The translations under genes and the position numbers were made by a program. 64,000 bases of DNA from IMG/VR virus record IMGVR_UViG_3300012665_000858. The stretch is one strand, 5' to 3'. The notes under the pieces were generated by a model, which searched no databases, was not told where the DNA came from, and worked only from the letters and a program-made list of their open reading frames with translations. The DNA comes from an uncultured virus (IMG/VR IMGVR_UViG_3300012665_000858) (taxonomy: Duplodnaviria; Heunggongvirae; Uroviricota; Caudoviricetes). Shown here in pieces: positions 48,995 to 57,492 of the stretch; position 1 is the stretch's first letter, and every line of letters starts with the position of its first letter.

Positions 48995-50136
48995 GACTAA
49001 GAGAACTGTTTTTTGAATCTGCTGAAACAGTTAAGAAACTGGGTCGTGCATTCAACCATCTCGAAGATTTAGTTTTCTTCTACGGAGTAGAAGGCACTAT
49101 CGAAGCACTGGAACACGTTAAAGAAATTGCCACACAAGAAGGTGCAGAGTCTGTACGTATGAAGTGGGACGGCAATCCTCAAATTTATTGGGGTAGAGAA
49201 ACAGCCAACGGTCCGTTGATTCTATCCGGACATAACGGCTGGGCACGTGGTGCTAAGACTGATAACCCAGAAGCAGTAAAAGACTTTATTGCCAACAAAA
49301 GTGGCACACCTAAGACTGATGAAGAACGTAAACAACGTGATGCGTTTGCCACAAAATTTGCCAACTTATATCCAGCGTTCGATGCGGCAACTCCCAAGGA
49401 CTTCGTAGGGTTTGTATATGCCGATGCATTATTCTTGGACAAGCCCGACTTAAAAGATAATGTTTATACATTCTGTCCTAACCCTAAGTCACAAACTTGT
49501 TATCATGTAAGAGGTAACTCCGAGTTAGGTAAGCGTATCGCTTATGCAGATGTTATGGTTGTAGGACATGCTTACTTTCCAGAGTTTGGCATGGATGACA
49601 GCGAGCAAAAACCTTTAGACGACTTTGATAAGTTTAATGCAAATCCTAAACTAATTGTACAAGGACCGATATACAATAAGAAGTCGGTTAGTGTAGACAC
49701 ACAAATAATCGATAACATCGAAAGTTATGCACAGCAACATGCTTCTGAGATAGAAGGATTTTTATCCGACACAGCAGGACTCGGTGATCTTAAGAACATA
49801 TTCTATACCTATGTAAATCAAACAGCCAGAGCAAAACAATTGGCCAGTTTAGGTTCTCAGAATTTCAAAGCATGGTTAGAAAAATCCAAAGTTAGTGCTG
49901 GTAAACAAGAAAAAATACAAGGTAAAATGGATGCGCATCCAAATGCAGTTGATGCTATTTTTTCTATGGTTAAACAAATCCAGTCTATGAAAAACGAAAT
50001 ACTAAAGCAAGTAGAAGGCGAACAAGGCGATATATGGGACACGAACGGAGAAGGTCGTGTACGATATGCTGGGCCGAAAAAGAAATTCGGTAATGTTAAA
50101 CTAGTAAACAGAGACCAGTGGACACCTGGGGAATAA
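48991..50136 (+). CDS. RNA ligase-like covalent nucleotidyltransferase (DUF6267-like)
   Basis: KWDG (motif I), EGRV (motif IV-like), VKLV (motif V-like). Confidence 0.6.
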   Translation: MRLRELFFESAETVKKLGRAFNHLEDLVFFYGVEGTIEALEHVKEIATQEGAESVRMKWDGNPQIYWGRETANGPLILSGHNGWARGAKTDNPEAVKDFIANKSGTPKTDEERKQRDAFATKFANLYPAFDAATPKDFVGFVYADALFLDKPDLKDNVYTFCPNPKSQTCYHVRGNSELGKRIAYADVMVVGHAYFPEFGMDDSEQKPLDDFDKFNANPKLIVQGPIYNKKSVSVDTQIIDNIESYAQQHASEIEGFLSDTAGLGDLKNIFYTYVNQTARAKQLASLGSQNFKAWLEKSKVSAGKQEKIQGKMDAHPNAVDAIFSMVKQIQSMKNEILKQVEGEQGDIWDTNGEGRVRYAGPKKKFGNVKLVNRDQWTPGE

Positions 50137-50137
50137 T

Positions 50138-51130
50138 ATGAGATTAAGAAATTTATTTGAAGAAAAGGTTAGTGAAGTAGCCATTATATTTGGTCGCTTT
50201 AATCCTCCCCACAAAGGACACAGGGCGGCGTGGGAAACTGCGTCTACTAAAAATGTATGGTACGTAGGAACTAATCAAAGCACAGTTGGTCCAAAAGATC
50301 CACTACCGTACGATGTAAAAACAGAATGTATGAAAGTTATATGGCCCGAAGTGGCCGGGCATATTATTCCTGAAACTAGTTGGTTAACTTTAGCCAGTTA
50401 TGTATATCAAAAACACGGTGCTGTAACTCTAATCATTGTCACAGACGAAGCGTGGGTAGTTCCTACTGTACAAGAATACAACGGAAAATCAGGTCCGCAC
50501 GGCGAGTATAATTTTCCTGAGATTAGATTGTTCCATGACAGCATAGAAGAAGCAAAAGCAGAATTACGTAAAAGTTCTGCCACAAGTTTACGTGATGCAG
50601 TATCTAAAGGCGATAGACAAGGGTTTACAGATGCGGCTGGTGTAAGCGCAGATACTCCGGTCATGGGTAAACCGTTCTTTGATTTAGTTGCAGAATACTT
50701 GATGCCTTATCAAGAAAAAGCCAAAGCCAAAGCCGATAAAGCAAAAAAGAAAGAAGAACCTAAAAAGAAAAAAGAAGAACCTAAGAAGGAAAAAGACACT
50801 ATGAAGATGACCGATCTTGCAGAAGGTATGGATGCCTACGACAGAGATGAGTGGAGCAGTAAACAAGGATTTGATAAAAAGTCATCATACGCTTGGCAAA
50901 TGGACGGCGGTGGCAATGACGAAGATCACGAAGGTGATAGACGCCGCGAGCGCGAAGCCGAACAAGGTCCCTGGTATCTTCGCATAGATGGTAAAATTTT
51001 AAAATCCAAAGGCGAAGTGAAAGTATTTGATTGGAAGAAAGGTGCTAATAACTATGCGCTTGCAATCCTTAAAAATAAGCCTGAATTAAAAGGCAAAATT
51101 ATGCTTACTAAGAGAGCAGAAGACGAATGA
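50138..51130 (+). CDS. HIGH-family nucleotidyltransferase with extra C-terminal modules
   Basis: FGRFNPPHKGH, KDPL, SSATSLR. Confidence 0.75.
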   Translation: MRLRNLFEEKVSEVAIIFGRFNPPHKGHRAAWETASTKNVWYVGTNQSTVGPKDPLPYDVKTECMKVIWPEVAGHIIPETSWLTLASYVYQKHGAVTLIIVTDEAWVVPTVQEYNGKSGPHGEYNFPEIRLFHDSIEEAKAELRKSSATSLRDAVSKGDRQGFTDAAGVSADTPVMGKPFFDLVAEYLMPYQEKAKAKADKAKKKEEPKKKKEEPKKEKDTMKMTDLAEGMDAYDRDEWSSKQGFDKKSSYAWQMDGGGNDEDHEGDRRREREAEQGPWYLRIDGKILKSKGEVKVFDWKKGANNYALAILKNKPELKGKIMLTKRAEDE

Positions 51131-51414
51131 AACAATATAGAATCAGTACAGAAAATTTAAATCAAGACAGTCCTGATGATTGTTTTCTTGATCCATCTGA
51201 TCCGATTCATGAAATTAAATCTATTCAGCATCTTGCAGGACTAGGACATGCCGCAAGATTACAAGAATATCAAGGCAGTAACATTAGCGTAACCGGCAGT
51301 GACAAAGGCCGAATACAGAGAGAAAACAACATTAAACCTGGAACGCCTGAATGGTTCCAACTATGGTTTAGTTTACCTTATATGACAGGTGAAGGACCGG
51401 TAAATAAAAGATGA
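51127..51414 (+). CDS. hypothetical protein
   Basis: ATGA-coupled; KPGTPEWF motif. Confidence 0.7.
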   Translation: MKQYRISTENLNQDSPDDCFLDPSDPIHEIKSIQHLAGLGHAARLQEYQGSNISVTGSDKGRIQRENNIKPGTPEWFQLWFSLPYMTGEGPVNKR

Positions 51415-53162
51415 AGGCCAGTGATTTAAACTTACCCGAAGGCATGGAAGTCTATGTTGACATGGACGGAGTTCTTGCAGACTTTTTTGCAGAATATGCA
51501 GTACTAGCAGGTCTTCCTAGAGGCAGTAGTTACAGAGATATCCCTCCTGCAAAAACAGATCCCACACTAAACAAGATGGTGGGCACAGACTTTTTTGCAC
51601 GACTACCAAAGTTTCCCACAGCAGATAAACTAATACAAATGGTCGTCGATACTGCGGGTGGATATAACATCTGTTCTAGTCCATTACGCGGTGACCACGA
51701 AGGATCTGCAAAATATAAAAAACAGTGGATTGAAGAACATTTAGATCCACAACCAAAAAGTATTCTTATTGTATCTAATAAAGCCAAATATGCTTTCAAT
51801 CCCAGCGGATTGCCTAATGTATTAATAGATGACAGAGGTAGTAATATCAGTGCATGGGAAGCCGCGGGCGGCATTGGTATCAAATATCAAGCAGACGAAG
51901 ACAGTCTTCAAGTTATATTAGATGGACTTAAACGTGCAAGACGTGTTGCCCAGGGCGAAGAAGAGCACGAACCACAGCAATTAAAAAGTCTAGACAGAAG
52001 TCAGGGAAAATTAATTGCCACTAGTGGCGACAAAGATGTAGATGAAGGCCGTAAGAAAAAGCGTAAAAATAGATATGGTGCATTGTATGGACCAGGTCCA
52101 TACGGACTATACGGATATGATGCAGGATATAGCGGATCTAGCGCAATGGGCGATGGCGGTGGTGAAGGCGGTGGCGAAAGTATCAATGAAGGATGGACCC
52201 CTGATAAACAACAGCGTATTAAAGAGTTTGCGCTATGGGCCATTAAACTGTTAGAGATCGATAAGGCTCCAAAAATTAAACTAGTCAGTGATAGTGGTAC
52301 TAGTGCATTAGGATACTTTGATCCAGAAACACAAAATATTGTTGTCACAGTTAAAGATAGACATCAAATGGATATCATGCGTACACTGGCGCATGAACTG
52401 GTGCATCGTAAACAAAACGAAGCAAGAGAATTAAATGGTGAGACTGGCAGTCCAGACGAAAACGAAGCCAATTCCCTTGCAGGTGTGTTGCTACGATGGT
52501 GGGGTAAGAAAAATCCTGATCAGTTTAATGAACATATTGTTAAAGTTAAAGGTGGGTATCAACTACAAAGTAAAAAGACTGGTAAAAATTTAGGAACCTA
52601 TCCTACCAAGGCAGGTGCTGAAAAACGTGAACGCCAAGTCCAATATTTTAAACACGCAGAAGAAGACCAACATCCTAACGAAAGACCAAAAGGTCCAGAA
52701 ACTAAACCAACAATGCCCGCAGGTACTGTAAAAGTAGATGTTAGTGATGTGTATGACTGGTACAAGTTGGGTCAACACATCAGCGATTTAAAAGGTCTAG
52801 GCAAGCACGATTTTGGCAAAGGGCCTCCTAGTACTATTTTATCGTTCGGTAGTGAACAGGAAGAGCACGAATATATTAAGGCGTTACAAAAAACAGGACT
52901 AACAACTACAGACATCGATCCAGTAGATCCTAAACAGCCTAAGAACATGAAACGTCAGAAAACAGATCCTACTTACAACGTAGACGAAAACTTTGCTGAT
53001 GGAAAGAATCCACAGGACAAAGGCGACAGCAAACGTCACGGTATCAGTAAAGGAATGAGTATTGCAGATCTTAAAAAAGTACGCAGTAGCGATAGTGCAA
53101 GTCCACGTAAAAAACAATTAGCACATTGGCAAATCAATATGCGTCAAGGGAAAAAGAAATGA
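51411..53162 (+). CDS. multidomain protein: HAD 5'(3')-nucleotidase-like, HExxH domain and small modules
   Basis: YVDMDGVLADF...LIDD...W...GG.GI; RTLAHELVH. Confidence 0.8.
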   Translation: MKASDLNLPEGMEVYVDMDGVLADFFAEYAVLAGLPRGSSYRDIPPAKTDPTLNKMVGTDFFARLPKFPTADKLIQMVVDTAGGYNICSSPLRGDHEGSAKYKKQWIEEHLDPQPKSILIVSNKAKYAFNPSGLPNVLIDDRGSNISAWEAAGGIGIKYQADEDSLQVILDGLKRARRVAQGEEEHEPQQLKSLDRSQGKLIATSGDKDVDEGRKKKRKNRYGALYGPGPYGLYGYDAGYSGSSAMGDGGGEGGGESINEGWTPDKQQRIKEFALWAIKLLEIDKAPKIKLVSDSGTSALGYFDPETQNIVVTVKDRHQMDIMRTLAHELVHRKQNEARELNGETGSPDENEANSLAGVLLRWWGKKNPDQFNEHIVKVKGGYQLQSKKTGKNLGTYPTKAGAEKRERQVQYFKHAEEDQHPNERPKGPETKPTMPAGTVKVDVSDVYDWYKLGQHISDLKGLGKHDFGKGPPSTILSFGSEQEEHEYIKALQKTGLTTTDIDPVDPKQPKNMKRQKTDPTYNVDENFADGKNPQDKGDSKRHGISKGMSIADLKKVRSSDSASPRKKQLAHWQINMRQGKKK

Positions 53163-53818
53163 GATTAATAGACATTGTTACCGAAGGTGTTATAGATATG
53201 ATGGCGTTGGCTAAGAAAGCCAAGGCATTATTAGCACAAGGCATGAGCGAGCAACAGGCACAGGATGCGCTAGTAAAAGAAGGTGTTCCTCCAAGACTGG
53301 CCGCACAAGCAGTACAAATGGCGCAGATGAGCGAAACTGTAGCAGATCAACTTACTTTAGAAGCGCCAATTGCCGCTACCGATGATCCAATGGATCCTAT
53401 GATTTACGGCCATCAAAAAGCAAATACAATGAACTTAAAAGGACGTATTGTACAAGCACGTAAGCAATTACAAGAATTAGCACAGATGGCGGAAAGTAAT
53501 GATCTTAGTACATGGGTACAAATTACCAAACTTGCTAAAGGCGGCATGTTCATGGGCCTTGAGCAGAACTTAGAACAAATAAGACACGGGTTAGAAGAAT
53601 TAGCCGCTAAACGTAAGAAGGGCGGTATTGCTAGCCGTGGCATCGAACGTTTTGATGAGATGGGAGATGTGGGTGGCACGAATGCCCATGCCGTTTCTGT
53701 AGGACCCGTATATAAAAATAAAGCAGGCAAAACACCTAAAAACAAAGACGGCACCGCTAAAAACGCATTAGATATGAAGGCTAATCTGTTGACAGGTGGC
53801 AGTATAGCAAAACGATAA
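53159..53818 (+). CDS. hypothetical (putative internal head) protein
   Basis: ATG 53159; begins MRLIDIVTE|G. Confidence 0.7.
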   Translation: MRLIDIVTEGVIDMMALAKKAKALLAQGMSEQQAQDALVKEGVPPRLAAQAVQMAQMSETVADQLTLEAPIAATDDPMDPMIYGHQKANTMNLKGRIVQARKQLQELAQMAESNDLSTWVQITKLAKGGMFMGLEQNLEQIRHGLEELAAKRKKGGIASRGIERFDEMGDVGGTNAHAVSVGPVYKNKAGKTPKNKDGTAKNALDMKANLLTGGSIAKR

Positions 53819-53842
53819 ATACAATATCAGGAGATTTTAATC

Positions 53843-55102
53843 ATGCACGACCAAATAAGACCAGTTATGCCAGTTCCGGAAGATGACCACGAAGGGCAAA
53901 TGGCACGTTCAGAACTATATAGAGCCGCAAAGTACTCTATGAAATTGTTCCAAATGATCCAAGACGGACAGGATTTAGAAGGTTGGGTACAGGCTAAAAT
54001 TACCAAATCTGCAGATTATCTAGACAGTGTTTATCACTATATGGAGTATCAAGTTAAGTTCGGCGATGGCAGTCACGCATCCAACATCGACGACATTACC
54101 GGAGATGCTGAGCAAGAGCTACCAAGCGACGAACCAGTATCTGACATGGATGACGAAGAAAGGAAAATCGACGAAATGACTACTTATGAACAAAAATTAG
54201 CATCCTTGTTAGAAGGTGCTGTAAAAGAAGCATCTGGTGTACGTGCATCGGATAAAAAGAAAGGCCAAGTTGACAAATCAGAGCGTAAGCAATACTTTGT
54301 TAAACTTGAGAAAGATAATAGAACCAAAGGCATGACTATCACTGCCGACGAAGGCGAAAAGCAAGAAGAAGTTCGTCAACGTGCCCAACGTGATGCACGT
54401 AGTGGCGGATGGACTGTGACCAGCATTCGTGCCAAAGACGAAATTGACGAAGCCGCAGAAAAGATTGCTAAAGCAGAAAAGACTGCAAAAAACAAAAAAG
54501 AAAAAGATGCTATGATTAAGGAAGCCCTTAGTCAAGTAGTTGAGAAAGCAGTTAGCAAAGCACAACAAAAGTTTATGGGCATGGTTACTGCCGCTAAGAA
54601 AGGCGAGAAGCCAGCCAGCAAAGAAGTTGCTAAAGCCGCTAAAGGTATGAGTAAGAAAGATGCAGAAGATTTTGCATCTACCAAGCACAAAGGCCTGCCA
54701 GAAAAGAAAGCAAAGAAGACAGATGAAGGTCAAGTAATGAGCCCACCAGACGGTGCTACTGCTCCTCCTCCAAAAGATCCTAAGACTGGTAAGTATCCAA
54801 AAGTAACTTCTGGTCCAAACAAAGGTAAAGAGTGGAGTGAAAAGACACCCGGTCCTACAAATCCAAACTTTAAAGAATCTAACTCAGTTAGCAGTATTGT
54901 TAAGAGAGTAGTTGCTGAGAAGAAGGCCAAGCCAGACTTTTTAGACATGGACAAAGACGGCGACAAGAAAGAGCCAATGAAGAAAGCAGTTGCTGATAAG
55001 AAAGCAAATCCGTTTGCCAAGAAAGACGAAAAGAAAGAATCAGTTAATGAGTCTGTAGACTTGGCTCGTATGAAACAATTCTTAACACGTTTAAACGGTT
55101 AA
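53843..55102 (+). CDS. charged multi-module protein (DUF3008-like and DxDxDG modules)
   Basis: KAVSKAQQKFMG...FASTKHKGLP; DMDKDGD; GATAAATA and AGGAG upstream. Confidence 0.75.
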   Translation: MHDQIRPVMPVPEDDHEGQMARSELYRAAKYSMKLFQMIQDGQDLEGWVQAKITKSADYLDSVYHYMEYQVKFGDGSHASNIDDITGDAEQELPSDEPVSDMDDEERKIDEMTTYEQKLASLLEGAVKEASGVRASDKKKGQVDKSERKQYFVKLEKDNRTKGMTITADEGEKQEEVRQRAQRDARSGGWTVTSIRAKDEIDEAAEKIAKAEKTAKNKKEKDAMIKEALSQVVEKAVSKAQQKFMGMVTAAKKGEKPASKEVAKAAKGMSKKDAEDFASTKHKGLPEKKAKKTDEGQVMSPPDGATAPPPKDPKTGKYPKVTSGPNKGKEWSEKTPGPTNPNFKESNSVSSIVKRVVAEKKAKPDFLDMDKDGDKKEPMKKAVADKKANPFAKKDEKKESVNESVDLARMKQFLTRLNG

Positions 55103-55106
55103 TACA

Positions 55107-55823
55107 ATGGACATGAAACATATTTTACAAGCACTGGACAAAGCGTCCAGTCGCAAAGTAGAAGGCGCAGACGACATGCGCCGTTTCGTGTCTGCTGTAC
55201 GAGTACTAAATGCTCCTATAGAAGAGGCCAGCGGTTATATTCCAAAAAATAAAAAAGAAGCAAAGGATCCTCGATGGAGTAATGCTCTTTCTGTGGATAT
55301 ACAACCTGGCGCCATTGAAAAGAACTTAAAAGCACTTAGTTTAGCAGAAGGAAAAAAGAATTTTCTCGATTATCTTAATGAAGCAGAGCAAAGTGTAGCA
55401 GAAGTTTCATTAGGCAACAAATTAGAATGGCCTGAAGTAGTTAATAAAGTTAACAGCGCAATGAAGGCCACAGGGTGGAAAGGTAGCCGTAAAGGCGACG
55501 ATGCGTATATTTTTAGTTCTAAGGGACAAGAAACTGATGACCAGTATTATTTCGTTATCATAGATAACGCCGGGGAAGGATTCTTTAAATACGCATTGGG
55601 TACTGTAGAAGAAGGTGATCCGTATATCGACGATGCTTATAAAGGTACACTACCTAATACTGAAGCCAGTGTAAGCGAGCTAATAAACATGATCAGAGAC
55701 GGCTTTGGATTAAACGAAGGCTTGAAAGATCCTAAAGATAATCCATGCTGGAAAGGTTACAAGCCAGTAGGTACGAAGAAGAAAGGTGGCCGCACAGTTC
55801 CTAACTGTGTACCAAAAGAATAA
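55107..55823 (+). CDS. multi-module hypothetical protein
   Basis: Ends with a PCWKGY...GTKKKGG.TVPNCVP module. Confidence 0.75.
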   Translation: MDMKHILQALDKASSRKVEGADDMRRFVSAVRVLNAPIEEASGYIPKNKKEAKDPRWSNALSVDIQPGAIEKNLKALSLAEGKKNFLDYLNEAEQSVAEVSLGNKLEWPEVVNKVNSAMKATGWKGSRKGDDAYIFSSKGQETDDQYYFVIIDNAGEGFFKYALGTVEEGDPYIDDAYKGTLPNTEASVSELINMIRDGFGLNEGLKDPKDNPCWKGYKPVGTKKKGGRTVPNCVPKE

Positions 55824-56209
55824 TGAGAGCCCTTGTCTTAGCATTAGCAATAACATTAACAGGTTGTTCTACTGTTAAGAGTTGGGTTCCTAGTTTCAGC
55901 GATACTAATCAATCAGCACGTATTATAGACGTGCGTCAAAGTGTGGCGCAATTAGATTGTAAGCAAACACACGCACCGCAAGTAAAAAAAATCAAAGATA
56001 ATTTAGAATGGTTTCAACTTTATAGCGAAAGCAAGGGTTGGAGACAAAATGATGTTCTCAAGTTAGTTAAACCTATGCAGGAAACTGTAGATGACTTTTA
56101 TAAACGCAGTAATGAAAAGCAGGGTAGCGAAACGTATTGCGAAATTAAAAAGAAATTAATGTCTACCCAGGCTGATAAAGCCGCTAGTACTATATTGGGG
56201 AGATTCTAA
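55823..56209 (+). CDS. lipoprotein
   Basis: LTGC lipobox. Confidence 0.75.
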   Translation: MRALVLALAITLTGCSTVKSWVPSFSDTNQSARIIDVRQSVAQLDCKQTHAPQVKKIKDNLEWFQLYSESKGWRQNDVLKLVKPMQETVDDFYKRSNEKQGSETYCEIKKKLMSTQADKAASTILGRF

Positions 56210-56442
56210 TGATTGAACATTTACAACAGTTAACACAATGTGGTCGTCCTTGGGCCGCGGAAAGAGCCGCAGTTGCATTGCAGATGTGCGAAGCACGTCA
56301 GCAAGGACAGATCAGCGAAGATGAGTTTAAAGAATTAATGTTAGACTTAGTTAGAACAGATAAATTAGAAGAAGAGGCTGATGACATAAATTTAAAAACT
56401 ATGTTAGTCACAGCCATATACGCAATAGCACAGGTGGCATAA
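56209..56442 (+). CDS. hypothetical protein
   Basis: TAATG-coupled to the lipoprotein. Confidence 0.7.
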   Translation: MIEHLQQLTQCGRPWAAERAAVALQMCEARQQGQISEDEFKELMLDLVRTDKLEEEADDINLKTMLVTAIYAIAQVA

Positions 56443-56877
56443 ATGGAAGAGTTAGCAAAAGCACTTAAAATAGCATTCGCTAGTGAATTTAGTTTTTATC
56501 TAAAGGCACATTATTTTCACTGGAACGTAGAAGGTGAAAACTTTCAACAGTATCATGAACTGTTTGGCGGCATTTACGAAGAAGTATACGGAAACATCGA
56601 TGCGTTTGCAGAAAATATTCGCAAAGCAAATAGTTATACTCCTGGAAGTTTCGAAAGATTTTCAATGTTGTCAAAAATTGACGACGAAACAGAGATACTA
56701 GATGCAAGAACTATGACGTCTGAACTTTTGTCAGACTCTGAGAAAATGGCAGAGATTTTTAAATTAGTATTTGCCATGTCTGAAAGAGAAGGCGAGCACG
56801 GATTATCAGACTTTTTAGCAGGACGTCAAGACGCACATCGCAAACACAGTTGGATGCTACGAGCAACTTTAAAATAA
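56443..56877 (+). CDS. dps: Dps / ferritin-like DNA-protecting protein
   Basis: HYFHWNVEG..F...HELF, D.FAE.IR, K..WML. Confidence 0.92.
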   Translation: MEELAKALKIAFASEFSFYLKAHYFHWNVEGENFQQYHELFGGIYEEVYGNIDAFAENIRKANSYTPGSFERFSMLSKIDDETEILDARTMTSELLSDSEKMAEIFKLVFAMSEREGEHGLSDFLAGRQDAHRKHSWMLRATLK

Positions 56878-56951
56878 TGGAAAACGAATATCCAGTTTAC
56901 CCAGAGGATGATGGCTATGACACTCCAAAAAACCCTTACAGCCCTGTGTAA
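56877..56951 (+). CDS. 24 aa acidic Tyr/Pro-rich microprotein (not in ORF track)
   Basis: TAATG-coupled to dps; MENEYPVYPEDDGYDTPKNPYSPV. Confidence 0.45.
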   Translation: MENEYPVYPEDDGYDTPKNPYSPV

Positions 56952-57093
56952 TAAATTTATCACAGGATTAGCCATATACGGCATTGGCATGAGTTTAGCC
57001 TATGCTGGCTATATTGGACAAAACTACGATCCACAATATGATTGGTGTGACCCTAGATTTTGTTGCCCACCGGGAAACTTAGATGAGAGCTAA
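56908..57093 (+). CDS. possible small membrane/secreted Cys-rich peptide
   Basis: Hydrophobic stretch then WCDPRFCCPP; start uncertain; overlaps the 24 aa ORF. Confidence 0.4.
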   Translation: MMAMTLQKTLTALCNKFITGLAIYGIGMSLAYAGYIGQNYDPQYDWCDPRFCCPPGNLDES

Positions 57094-57370
57094 AGAATTT
57101 ATTACAGAGTCTGCCGCTTGGAGACGCAAAGAAGGTAAAAGCAAGAAGGGCGGATTAAATGCCAAAGGTGTTGCTAGTTACCGTAGAGAGAATCCAGGTA
57201 GCAAACTACAAACAGCAGTGACTACTAAGCCTAGTAAATTAAAGCCTGGCAGTAAGGATGCTAAACGTCGTAAGAGTTTTTGTGCTAGAATGAGTGGAGT
57301 TGACGGACCTATGAAAAAGGACGGAAAACCTACAAGAAAAGCTCTGGCACTAAGAAAGTGGAATTGTTAA
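57083..57370 (+). CDS. basic DUF6321-like protein
   Basis: GGLNAKG...PGSKL...RRKSFCARM...W.C; begins MRAKEFITE|S. Confidence 0.75.
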   Translation: MRAKEFITESAAWRRKEGKSKKGGLNAKGVASYRRENPGSKLQTAVTTKPSKLKPGSKDAKRRKSFCARMSGVDGPMKKDGKPTRKALALRKWNC

Positions 57371-57455
57371 GAACATACCTCAGGACCGTTAGAGGTTATG
57401 TGCCCGGCTGCTGGGCTAATCAACGGATTCGCTACCCTGACGATTTAAAGTGAGC
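57371..57455 (+). ncRNA. candidate structured non-coding RNA
   Basis: GC-enriched intergenic segment with multiple stems and two possible pseudoknot pairings. Confidence 0.45.
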
Positions 57456-57492
57456 TTTAATAAATACATAATAAGAATTTGAGGACAAACAA

